DNA of 44,445 nt. It comes from an uncultured Actinomycetes bacterium (GTDB taxonomy: Bacteria > Actinomycetota > Acidimicrobiia > Spongiisociales > DATADW01). The notes under the pieces are model-generated. The model worked only from the letters and a program-made list of their open reading frames with translations. It was not told the DNA's origin and did not search any database. Both the position numbers and the translations under genes were made by a program. Shown piece after piece: positions 29,311-38,246 of the stretch (its first letter is position 1; every line of letters begins with the position of its first letter). The DNA is taken from NCBI GenBank assembly GCA_963824995.1, contig CAWGRK010000004.1, forward strand, positions 62,001 to 106,445. Reading direction: 5' to 3'.

Positions 29311-29376
29311 TTGACACCCCTACGGTTCAGACGACTAGCGTTCCTCATGTTGGATTATCGGCCCAATATATGGAAC
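29311..29376 (+). promoter_or_regulatory. Promoter and candidate IclR operators upstream of the lyase/ThDP operon
   Basis: TTGACA at 29311-29316. GTTCCTCATGTTGGAT (29340-29355; reverse complement ATCCAACATGAGGAAC) and GCCCAATATATGGAAC (29361-29376). Confidence 0.55.
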
Positions 29377-29399
29377 ACCCCCCACTGCGAGACCCGCCC

Positions 29400-30237
29400 G
29401 TGGTGACGCCAGGACCTGGCACGGGTGCTCATCAGGGGTCACCGACCGGGCAGGCACACAGAGCGCAACCGTGGTCGACAGCCATCACAGCCACGACCGA
29501 CGAGCGTGTTTTCGTCCGTGGCGTGGCCCTCGATGAAGCGATTGGCCGAGAGCCATTTCCGGCGATGGTGCTTAGGCTTTGGCGGGGCGACGCTCCGACG
29601 CAGGACGAGGCGGATCTGCTGGGTGCTTGCCTGGTCGCAGCCATCGATCACGGCCCGCTCTCACCCTCGGCCCTGGTCACACGCACAATTGCCTCGACCC
29701 GGGCCACCCCAATGAGCGGGTTGGCCGGTGGCATTCTCGCATTCAGCGAATTTCACGGTGCGGTAGTCAGTCGGGCCATGCGAATCATGGCCACCGCCCC
29801 GGCCGATGGAGATCTGGAACCTTGGGCGAATCGAGTGTTCGAGTCCGAGCGTGACGCCGGCCGGCGCCTTCCAGGTATCGGGCACCGCTGGCATAGCCGC
29901 GACCTCCGCGCAGAATCGGCTGTTGCAGGTCGCTGCCCAACTATCCGACGGAAGGCATGAAGCCGCAGTGAGAGTTCTGGCTGCACGGGTTAGCCAGCAC
30001 TCAGGCAACCCGGTGCCAGTCAACATCGACGGCGCTCTGGCGGTCGCACTCACCGCGCTTCGTCTCGACCCGGCGTACGGCGACTTTCTATTCGCCATCG
30101 CCAGGAGCTTCGGTCTGGCGGCTCATTATGTCGAGGAGCAGGATCGCGAACTGCCGATGCGCACCATTGACCCGACCGCAGCGGAGTACGACGGTATCGC
30201 AGTGCGAGGTTTCGACTCACGAGAGGCAGGCGATTGA
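29400..30237 (+). CDS. Citryl-CoA lyase / citrate-synthase-fold protein; indel near 29915
   Basis: WSTAIT...VFVRG, LVAAIDHGPLSPS, FHGA, RLPGIGHRWH, then PVNIDGA and FAIARSFGLAAH. Confidence 0.8.
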
Positions 30238-30265
30238 AGATGACATCGAAACGAAGAGGACTGAT

Positions 30266-32023
30266 ATGAGGACGGTCGCCGAACAGTTGGTCGACTACTT
30301 GCGAGACCGCGGGGTCAGTCACATCTTCGGCCTTTGCGGCCATACCAACATCGCCGTCCTCGCTGCACTCGAGGACAGCCCCATCGAGTTCGTCAACGTC
30401 CGACACGAACAAGTGGCCAGTCATGCGGCGGACGCCTACGCCCGTGTGACGGGCAAAGCCAGCGTCGTGCTGAGTCATCTCAGCCCGGGACTCACGAACG
30501 CCGCCACCGGGGTGGCGAACGCCGCTCTCGACTGCATCCCCATGGTGGTGATATCCGGGGACGTCCCTTCGTTCTACTTCGGCAAGCACCCGCACCAGGA
30601 AGTGAACCTGCACTCCGACGGTGCGCAGTACGAGATCTACCGGCCCTTCGTGAAGCGGGCCTGGCGAGTCGAGACCCCGGCGCTCTTCCCCGAGACGATC
30701 GAGAAGGCCTTCGCGCTCGCAGAGTCGGGCCAACAAGGCCCCGTCCTGGTCGATGTCCCGATGAACATCTTCTCCGAGAGAATCGATTCGGGGCTTTTCG
30801 AGAGACTCAAGGGCAACGATCGAAACGTCCGGCCTCCCTCGCTCGACAGGGACACCGCAGTCGCGATCGTCCAGGCTGTTGCCGAGGCCGAACAGCCGGT
30901 GCTGTACGTTGGTGGCGGCGTCCTCTTGGCCCGGGCGAGTACCGAGCTGCAGGCGTTCGTCGATCACATGGGGGTACCGGTTGCCCATAGCCTCATGGGC
31001 AAAGGGGCGCTATCTGACGACCATCCGCTCGTCCTCGGCATGACCGGGTTCTGGGGAACCTCGTTGGTCAACCAGAAGACACTCGGAGCGGACGTGATAT
31101 TGGCGATCGGAACACGGTTCAAGGAAGCCGACAGCAGCTCGTGGTATCGGCGCTACACCTTCGACATACCGCCGACGCGGCTCCTACACATCGATATCGA
31201 TCCGGGCGAGATCGGGCGCAACTTCCCCACTGAGATAGGTGCGGTGGCCGACGCCAAAGCAGCACTCCGGATCCTCGTGGATGTCGCCCGGGAGCTCTAC
31301 CCAGACGGTTTCGGCTCGTCGAAGCTCACAGACGAAATCGCCGAGTTCAGGATCGGATTCGTCGAGTCGAACAAGCCAATGGCAACCAGCGACGCCTGGC
31401 CGATGATGCCCGAGCGCATCCTCGCCGATTGCCGGACGGCTCTCCCCGACGACGCGTACCTCGTAACCGATGTGGGCTGGAACAAGAACGGCGTGGGCCA
31501 GCAGTTCCCCATCCGCGAGCCCGGCACGTTCTTGACGCCTGGAGGGTTCGCCACCATGGGATTCGGCCCGCCGGGAGCCATCGGCGCCAAGCTTGCCGCT
31601 CCGGATCGAACGGTGGTCTGCCTGGTTGGCGACGGCGGGTTTGGGCAGAACCCGGCGATGCTTTCGACGGCGGTAGAGCTGAATCTCGACATCGTATGGG
31701 TCGTGATGAACAACAACGCCTATGGCACCATCGCCGGGCTGGAGAAGGCCCACTTCGACACCGTCTATGGCACGACGTTCCCGGGCAAACCTGGAGAATC
31801 CCTACCGGACTACTCGGCCATCGCCAAGGCCTACGGCGCTGATGGCTTCCGAGTCGAGGCGGCGGATCAGTTCCTCCCCATCTTCCAGAAGGCCCTGGAA
31901 ATCGTGGGCCCGGTCGTGATCGACGTCCCGATGAAGAACAACCCGACCCCGACTACTGGCCACTGGAACATCCTCGACATCTACTCCCCCGACTCCGACG
32001 CCTCGCACGAATCAACTGATTGA
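30266..32023 (+). CDS. Thiamine-diphosphate-dependent enzyme (acetolactate-synthase-like superfamily)
   Basis: IFGLCGHTN, VRHEQ, SPGLTNA, GPVLVDVP, ThDP motif GDGGF...MNNN. GAGGA RBS before ATG 30266. Confidence 0.92.
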   Translation: MRTVAEQLVDYLRDRGVSHIFGLCGHTNIAVLAALEDSPIEFVNVRHEQVASHAADAYARVTGKASVVLSHLSPGLTNAATGVANAALDCIPMVVISGDVPSFYFGKHPHQEVNLHSDGAQYEIYRPFVKRAWRVETPALFPETIEKAFALAESGQQGPVLVDVPMNIFSERIDSGLFERLKGNDRNVRPPSLDRDTAVAIVQAVAEAEQPVLYVGGGVLLARASTELQAFVDHMGVPVAHSLMGKGALSDDHPLVLGMTGFWGTSLVNQKTLGADVILAIGTRFKEADSSSWYRRYTFDIPPTRLLHIDIDPGEIGRNFPTEIGAVADAKAALRILVDVARELYPDGFGSSKLTDEIAEFRIGFVESNKPMATSDAWPMMPERILADCRTALPDDAYLVTDVGWNKNGVGQQFPIREPGTFLTPGGFATMGFGPPGAIGAKLAAPDRTVVCLVGDGGFGQNPAMLSTAVELNLDIVWVVMNNNAYGTIAGLEKAHFDTVYGTTFPGKPGESLPDYSAIAKAYGADGFRVEAADQFLPIFQKALEIVGPVVIDVPMKNNPTPTTGHWNILDIYSPDSDASHESTD

Positions 32024-32032
32024 GCCTCTGCC

Positions 32033-33439
32033 ATGGCCCGAGACATAACCCCTGAAGAAAGAGAACTGGCCGGGCAGATGCTCGAGCGTGCCCGTGCAGC
32101 CATGGCCGAGGTCGCCGACTACGACCAGGCCCGCGTCGACCGGCTGGCGCAGGCCGTGGGCTGGGCCCTCGGCAACGAATCCACGTTCACGCGTCTCGCC
32201 GAGATGGCGGTGGATGAGAGTGGAGCCGGCGACCGCGTGGGACGACCGAACAAGAGGTTCAAGCTCCATGGGATCCTGCGGGACGCTCTGCGTCAGCCCA
32301 GCGTCGGCATCATCGAAGAGGATCACGAGCGCGGGCTGGTGAAGTACGCCAAGCCCGCCGGCGTGATCGCATCGCTGGTCCCGATGACCAACCCGGTGTT
32401 GACTCCGCCCGGGACTGCGATCAATGCGATCAAAGCTCGAGATGCAGTCATCTTCTCGCCACACCCGCGGACCAAGGAGACCTCGAGCGAGGTGGTCCGG
32501 ATCATGAGAGACGTGCTGGAGCGCGAGGGAGCTCCGGCCGACCTGTTGCAGTGCGTCGAGAAGCCTTCAATCCCCATCGCCCAGGAGTTGATGGCGATCT
32601 GCGACATGACCATCGCCACCGGGGGGCCCGCCATGGTCAAGGCGGCGTACAGCTCGGGCAAACCGGCTTTCGGCGTCGGTGCCGGTAACTCCACGATCGT
32701 GATCGACGAGACAGCCGACATCGAAGAGGCGGCGCGCAACACGAGGATGTCGAAAACGTCCGATTTCGGATCGGGTTGTTCGGCCGACGGGAACGTTCTG
32801 ATAGACGATCGCATCTATGACGACCTGGTAGAGCGCCTGCAGGCCGAAGGCGGATACCTCGCCAACGCAGGAGAGAAGGCAAAACTCGAAGAGGCGATGT
32901 GGGACGAGAACGGCGCCCGCACCATGGCGACGATCGCGCAATCAGCTCCCAGGCTCGCAGAGCTCGCCGGGTTCGAGGTCCCTCCCGAGACGACATTCCT
33001 CATCGTCGAGCAGGAGAGCATCGGGAGCGAGCACAAGTTCTCGAGCGAGAAACTGACCACGCTGCTCGCGGTCTACCGCTACCAGGGTTTCGACGAGGCG
33101 CTCGAGATGGTCGAGAAGATCTACCAGGTGGGGGGCGCCGGGCACTCTTGTGGCATCTACTCGTTCGACGATGAGCACATCGATGCGCTGGCCCGGGTGG
33201 CCCCCGTCAGCCGGATGATGGTCCGCCAGCCCCAGTCGAAAGCCAATGCAGGCTCGTTCACCAACGGTATGCCAATGACGTCGAGCCTCGGTTGTGGCAT
33301 CTGGGGAGGCAATGTCACCAATGAGAACATCAGTCTCAAGCACTACCTGAACGTGACCTGGGTCAGCAGGCCCATTCCCGAGGACCGCCCGACAGAGCAG
33401 GAGCTCTTCGGCGACTTCTACGGAACGCCCGCACCGTGA
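32033..33439 (+). CDS. CoA-acylating aldehyde dehydrogenase (SauS/EutE-like)
   Basis: PAGVIASLVPMTNP, ATGGPAMVKAAYSSGKPAFGVGAGN, SKTSDFGSGCSAD, SSEKL, GHSCGI, SLGCGIWGGN. Confidence 0.88.
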   Translation: MARDITPEERELAGQMLERARAAMAEVADYDQARVDRLAQAVGWALGNESTFTRLAEMAVDESGAGDRVGRPNKRFKLHGILRDALRQPSVGIIEEDHERGLVKYAKPAGVIASLVPMTNPVLTPPGTAINAIKARDAVIFSPHPRTKETSSEVVRIMRDVLEREGAPADLLQCVEKPSIPIAQELMAICDMTIATGGPAMVKAAYSSGKPAFGVGAGNSTIVIDETADIEEAARNTRMSKTSDFGSGCSADGNVLIDDRIYDDLVERLQAEGGYLANAGEKAKLEEAMWDENGARTMATIAQSAPRLAELAGFEVPPETTFLIVEQESIGSEHKFSSEKLTTLLAVYRYQGFDEALEMVEKIYQVGGAGHSCGIYSFDDEHIDALARVAPVSRMMVRQPQSKANAGSFTNGMPMTSSLGCGIWGGNVTNENISLKHYLNVTWVSRPIPEDRPTEQELFGDFYGTPAP

Positions 33440-34284
33440 CCGGAGACGGGCCTCACCAATTCTCCCTGGCGTACTTGGCCGTCTTCGGAACGCCGCCACG
33501 CCGAATGATCCAGATCGCTGCCGAGACCGGGTACGACTTCGTCAGCCTGCGCCTCGCGGCGGTCACCGATGACGAGGTCAGGTTCCCATTCACCACCGAC
33601 CCATCGCTCGTCGCCGACGTCGTGAGGGCACTCGACCAGTACGGCGTCTCAGTGCTGGACGTCGAGCTGATCAGGACCGATCCGGGAACGAAGGTCGAGG
33701 ATTGGCGCCGCTTCGTCGAGGTTGCCGAAGAGCTGGGGGCCCGCCACATCATCACCCAGGTTCCCGAGCCTGACGCTGCCAAGGCCGTGGAGATCTTCCA
33801 GGAAGTCTGTGACCTCGGTTCTGGGACCGGCATGACGTTCGATCTCGAGTTCATCCCATGGACGGCCAACAACGATCTGGCCAGGGCCGTGGAGATCGTG
33901 ACGAAGGCAGACTCCACCAATGGCGCGGTCCTGGTCGACACACTCCACTTCGCACGTTCGGAATCGTCGCTCACAGAGCTCTCGGACCTCCCAAGGCATC
34001 TCTTCAACTTCATCCAGCTGTGCGACGCCCACGACCCGTGGTCCGTCGATGAGGAGGATTTCATCAGGATCGCTCGCTCAGATCGGGAACCACCGGGACT
34101 GGGAGACATCGACCTCATGCCGATCGTGGAAGCGATGCCCGCCGTTCCTTATGCTCTGGAGGTGCCCAACGACGAGAGACGCGAGGAGCTGGGCGCGGAG
34201 GGTTTCGCCAGGCTCATTCGGGAAGCGGCCGAGAGCTTCCTCGACGGCGTCGCGCCCGGACGGGCGATCGCAGGTCAGAGATGA
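33436..34284 (+). CDS. Sugar-phosphate isomerase/epimerase (AP-endonuclease-2 TIM barrel) family
   Basis: LDVELIR, DLEFIPW, VLVDTLHFAR, IQLCDA, RxxPGLGDIDL, ALEVP metal-site pattern. Confidence 0.82.
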   Translation: MTGDGPHQFSLAYLAVFGTPPRRMIQIAAETGYDFVSLRLAAVTDDEVRFPFTTDPSLVADVVRALDQYGVSVLDVELIRTDPGTKVEDWRRFVEVAEELGARHIITQVPEPDAAKAVEIFQEVCDLGSGTGMTFDLEFIPWTANNDLARAVEIVTKADSTNGAVLVDTLHFARSESSLTELSDLPRHLFNFIQLCDAHDPWSVDEEDFIRIARSDREPPGLGDIDLMPIVEAMPAVPYALEVPNDERREELGAEGFARLIREAAESFLDGVAPGRAIAGQR

Positions 34285-34718
34285 CCCATATCCTCGTGAT
34301 AAACGGGCCCAACCTGAACCTCCTAGGGCAACGAGAGCCCGAGGTCTATGGGCGCGAAACTCTCGCCGACATCGTCAGCGCACTCCGCTCATTCGCCGAG
34401 GACCGGGATGTCGAATTGAGCGACTTCCAGTCCAACTCCGAAGGTGAACTTGTCAGCGCCATCCACGACGCCCGAGAATTTGTCGACGGGATCATTCTCA
34501 ATGCGGGCGCATACACCCACTACAGCATCGCCATTCGCGACGCGATAGCCGGAGTAGCGCTCCCTGTGGTCGAGACCCACCTCTCCAACATCCACGCCAG
34601 GGAGCCATTCCGGAACAAGTCGGTGCTGGCACCAGTGTGCGTGGGTGTCGTAGCCGGCTTCGGTCGCCACAGCTACTTCGTCGCCTTGGATGCTCTCCTG
34701 CGACACCTCGCCCAATAG
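34281..34718 (+). CDS. aroQ: Type II 3-dehydroquinate dehydratase
   Basis: INGPNLNLLGQREPEVYG, FQSNSEG, NAGAYTHYSIAIRDA, ETHLSNIHAREPFR. Confidence 0.96.
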   Translation: MTHILVINGPNLNLLGQREPEVYGRETLADIVSALRSFAEDRDVELSDFQSNSEGELVSAIHDAREFVDGIILNAGAYTHYSIAIRDAIAGVALPVVETHLSNIHAREPFRNKSVLAPVCVGVVAGFGRHSYFVALDALLRHLAQ

Positions 34719-34808
34719 TGGACCTGAAGCGGAGACGTCCGGTCAAGCCCATGTAAAGCTGTCGTTCAAATGCCCGGAGTCGTCGGTTGCGAACCGGTGG
34801 CCGCGATC

Positions 34809-36407
34809 TCAAGTCCGGCTTTTCGATCCACGCAGGCTCTCGAGCAGGTCGAGGATCTCAGAGTCATCCACATCGTCCGAGATGAAGGGTTCGCCCACAC
34901 CTCTCAGCAGAACGAACCTCCGGCGTGAGTGCCGCCTCTTCTTGTCGTGCCTCATACCTTCGAGAATGTCGCGGGGTTGTAGCGCCGCGGGAATTCTCCC
35001 ACTCAGACCGATGTGACTGACAACCGCCTCGACTCGATCGACGAGGTCGCCGCTGGCAGCGCCCTTCCGGTGGGACAACGTGGCCGCAGCGACCAATCCG
35101 ATGGCGACCGCCTCGCCGTGGTTGATCGCTCCATCTGATGCGTACTCGATGCCATAACCGAATGTGTGGCCGAGGTTGAGATAGGTCCTCTGACCCTTCT
35201 CCTCGAACGGATCACTCTGGACAATCGCGATCTTGACCTGGATGGCTTGAGCGACGAGAGACTGGAGATCGGCGAGCATGCCCGGGAGCAGACTGCCGGT
35301 TCTCTCCCACGAAGTGGACTCGATCCGACTCAACAGGGAACTACTCGCGATCAAACCGTGTTTGACGACCTCAGCCAACCCGGCTGCGAAATCCCTCGCC
35401 GGAAGCGTCTGCAAGGTCGCGATGTCGGTCAATACCGCTTTGGGTTGTTTGTAGAGCCCAATGAGGTTCTTCCCCTGCGGCACGTCGAGGCCGACCTTGC
35501 CCCCCACACTGGTATCAACCATGGCAATCAAATTCGTCGGGCAATGGACGAGGTCCAGTCCACGGAGATAGGTCGCTGAGGCGAAGCCGGCGATATCGCC
35601 GATAGTGCCGGTGCCGAGGGAGACGGCCGTGGCCGACTTGTCGATTCCGGCCTCGAAGAGGTGCTGGTAGACGGTCGCCACGGCGTCGAGGGTCTTTTGC
35701 GATCGACCAGCCGGGAGAGTGATCGTCAAATCGACTTCACCCAGGCTGGGGACGTACAGGTCCCCGACGACTTCGTCGGTGATAACGACGATCGGTCCCT
35801 GGATAGAAGCCAGTTGGCGGATGAATGGGAGGATGCCGGCTCCGACCGTGTAGGGATAACCTCCGGTCGGGCTCGAGATGTCATACGTACTGTGACTCGA
35901 CCACAACTGGGCAACCTCGTCGGCTATGACCCCGGGACCGGCGTGATCGGTGACAAGCTGTGGGAAACGCCCGTATTCGCCCTGTCTCTCGGACAACAAC
36001 TCGATGATGCGTTCCCTAGGGTCTTCAACCTGAAGCAGCGGACGATCCCGACGCGTCTCGTCGCTCATGACCCGGTGATGAATCTCCTCGGGCGTCGCGA
36101 CCAGACAGAAGATCCGTCCGTTTCTACTGAGGGACTTAAAGTTCTCGGGATCGAGGATCATCCGGCCGCCGGTTGCGATAACGAGACCCGTCTTCGCTCC
36201 CAACTCGCGCGCCACTTCCCTTTCGATCGCCCGGAACTCACCCTCCCCGCGTTCAGCGAAGATGCGCGAGATCGGCCCGTGGCGTGATTCGATCATCTCG
36301 TCGGTGTCGACGAACTCCATCCCGAGCTTCTGCGCCAGTTGATAGCCGACCGTGGTCTTCCCCGTGCCCATGAAGCCCGTGAGGACGAGATTGTGCTCGG
36401 GATGCAT
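34809..36407 (-). CDS. aroB: Bifunctional shikimate kinase / 3-dehydroquinate synthase (AroK-AroB fusion)
   Basis: N-terminal GFMGTGKTT, DTD, GEGEFR, ATGG and RPLL. C-terminal GDIAGF, YLRG, MVDTSVGGK, GKNLIG, EVVKHG, LNLGHTFG, HGEAVAIG and DKK. Confidence 0.92.
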   Translation of the reverse strand: MHPEHNLVLTGFMGTGKTTVGYQLAQKLGMEFVDTDEMIESRHGPISRIFAERGEGEFRAIEREVARELGAKTGLVIATGGRMILDPENFKSLSRNGRIFCLVATPEEIHHRVMSDETRRDRPLLQVEDPRERIIELLSERQGEYGRFPQLVTDHAGPGVIADEVAQLWSSHSTYDISSPTGGYPYTVGAGILPFIRQLASIQGPIVVITDEVVGDLYVPSLGEVDLTITLPAGRSQKTLDAVATVYQHLFEAGIDKSATAVSLGTGTIGDIAGFASATYLRGLDLVHCPTNLIAMVDTSVGGKVGLDVPQGKNLIGLYKQPKAVLTDIATLQTLPARDFAAGLAEVVKHGLIASSSLLSRIESTSWERTGSLLPGMLADLQSLVAQAIQVKIAIVQSDPFEEKGQRTYLNLGHTFGYGIEYASDGAINHGEAVAIGLVAAATLSHRKGAASGDLVDRVEAVVSHIGLSGRIPAALQPRDILEGMRHDKKRRHSRRRFVLLRGVGEPFISDDVDDSEILDLLESLRGSKSRT

Positions 36408-36539
36408 CGCCTACAACGTACTTGGAACCCCAGAAGCTGCGGCAATCGCGGTGCGAGTACCAGATCGGCGACGGTGCCCCCCGATCGACGGTTACCCGAT
36501 CCCCGGCCACACGGACAAGCCGCTGGTCGGTGACGGTTG

Positions 36540-37034
36540 ATGCCTCCGATCATCCGTCTTGCCACGGACGACGACTGGCCCGCTATCTGGTCGTTCTTCG
36601 AAGCCATCGTGCGTGAAGGGGAGACCTACACATACCCGACCGACCTGACGTCCGAGACGGGCCGCGGCTTGTGGATGGAGCCACCTCCGGGCCAGACGGT
36701 GGTCCTCGAAGACCGGGGGACCATTGCCGGCTCGGCCAAGATGGGACCCAACCGGCCCGGCCCAGGCGACCACATCGGAACCGCCAGTTTCATGGTGGCG
36801 CCGGATGCACGCGGCCGCGGTGTCGGACGATTGCTCGGTGAGTACGTGATCGCCTGGCACACCGACCAGGGATATCACGGGATCCAGTTCAACGCCGTCG
36901 TCGAGCCCAACACGGCGGCGGTCAAGCTCTGGGAGAGCCTCGGATTCCACATTGTCGGCACGGTGCCCGAGACATTCCGTTCACCGAGCCGCGGACTGGT
37001 CAGCCTCCACATCATGTACCTGCCCCTGCGGTGA
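36540..37034 (+). CDS. GNAT family N-acetyltransferase
   Basis: IRLATDDDWPAIW, ARGRGVGR, IQFNAVVEPNTAAVKLWESLGF. Confidence 0.9.
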   Translation: MPPIIRLATDDDWPAIWSFFEAIVREGETYTYPTDLTSETGRGLWMEPPPGQTVVLEDRGTIAGSAKMGPNRPGPGDHIGTASFMVAPDARGRGVGRLLGEYVIAWHTDQGYHGIQFNAVVEPNTAAVKLWESLGFHIVGTVPETFRSPSRGLVSLHIMYLPLR

Positions 37035-37546
37035 CCGCGGACTCGATCTGTCCCGGTTGCCTCGCACGACTTCCGGCGTCCGCCGGTCCGACCCACCGCT
37101 ACATCGGTGCCTCACCGGCATGCTGGGACCTGTATACGCGGTTGCTCGCCGGCGAGCCATCGATGCCACCTTCCCGTTGGTCGCTGTTGCTGGTGGACGC
37201 CTACGCCGCCCAGCATCCTGGTGACGATTCTCCGCAGGCCACCCAGTCGGTGGCGGCGCATCTCGTCGCGCTGCACGCTGTCCTCGTCGAGGGCCGGCCC
37301 GTCACCGACGCCGTGGCAGTCCGTGTCGCCGCCGTGGAAGCGGGTCGCGCCGCCGACGGCTACCCGAAACTCGAACCGGTACCCCCCGAGTGGGATCTCA
37401 CCATCGCCGACCTGGTTGCTGCCGTCGCCTCACAACGAGTTCCGCCGTTGCGCGACTATGTCTGGGAAGTAAGACAGCGCTGGGCGGATCTTCACGGAAG
37501 AACGATCCAAAACTGGTTCGAAGCCGCCACCCGCCAGCTCCGCTGA
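37031..37546 (+). CDS. DUF5946-like hypothetical protein
   Basis: CPGC...GPTHRYIGASPACW...VDAYAAQHPG...QSVAAHL; overlaps the GNAT stop (GTGA). Confidence 0.65.
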   Translation: MTADSICPGCLARLPASAGPTHRYIGASPACWDLYTRLLAGEPSMPPSRWSLLLVDAYAAQHPGDDSPQATQSVAAHLVALHAVLVEGRPVTDAVAVRVAAVEAGRAADGYPKLEPVPPEWDLTIADLVAAVASQRVPPLRDYVWEVRQRWADLHGRTIQNWFEAATRQLR

Positions 37547-37572
37547 ACCTGGACGGTTGTCGCCCGGGAAGC

Positions 37573-37787
37573 TCAGACTGCGACGGAGACCTGCGGCTGA
37601 GCCGCCTCTTCGAAGCAACGTCCGAGAAAGTCCTCCGGCAGGAAGAACCAGTGCCCCTCGGCGCCCCCTCGGCGCAGGCGATCGCAACGTGAACAACCGG
37701 GACCTGCGTCGATGCCATCGTCTCCGACACGCTGGCCTCGGCGGTGCGGCTGCACCCGGGCTGCGGGCAGCGGTAGCTGACTCTCAT
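37573..37787 (-). CDS. Small Zn-ribbon-like protein (67 aa once an 11-bp duplication is removed); possibly inactivated
   Basis: Purine-rich RBS, then MRVSYRCPQPGC...VVHVAIACAEG/HWFFLPEDFLGRCFEEAAQPQVSVAV*. The frame is broken by the near-tandem GCCCCTCGGC / GCCCCCTCGGC at 37653-37673. Confidence 0.55.
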
Positions 37788-37875
37788 GGGCAGGTTTCCC
37801 CCTCTCCCCTCGCAGGCGACCCCCCATGGCCGCCTTTTCGACGCTGCAGAATGTCACCATTGGGAACAGAATGCT

Positions 37876-37908
37876 TGGAGAAGTCATGGAGAAGCCGTGG
37901 AGATCTCC
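37876..37908 (-). promoter_or_regulatory. Three direct repeats with 11-bp period (winged-helix activator-type site)
   Basis: Plus strand TGGAGAAGTCA TGGAGAAGCCG TGGAGATCTCC, about 90 bp upstream of the Zn-ribbon gene start. Confidence 0.55.
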
Positions 37909-37938
37909 ACAGATGCCGTATAGGACCAGACAATTCGG

Positions 37939-38160
37939 TCAGTTCCGGACAAGTAAGTGGTCGATCTCTTCGATGAACGTCTGCCATGCGGGTTCGCCCT
38001 CGGTAAGGATGTGATTACGGCTGTCGAGCATGACAAGCTTGCTGTTTGGGATGGTTGCGACCAGCTCGATTGCTTGAGAGACCGGGACGCGGAGGTCGCC
38101 GCGTGAATTGAGGATGAGGGTGGGGCAGCTCACCTGGGGGGCCACGTCGAGAACGCCCAT
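37939..38160 (-). pseudogene. 3' remnant of an alpha/beta-hydrolase domain gene
   Basis: LDVAPQVSCPTLILNSRGDLRVPVSQAIELVATIPNSKLVMLDSRNHILTEGEPAWQTFIEEIDHLL retains the Asp/His end of the fold. No room for the N-terminal part before the divergent gene at 38247. Confidence 0.7.
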
Positions 38161-38246
38161 AACAGTCCGACCACTGCGAGCAACTGGCCTGAGCTCTCGA
38201 CCTGACACGTCGAGGGTATGGTTCCTTCGGCACATCAAGGGCCGGA

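Noticed and set aside
34809..36407. AroK-AroB fusion as a novelty
   Set aside because: This fusion is known from several bacterial lineages. Only the His-to-Tyr change is flagged.
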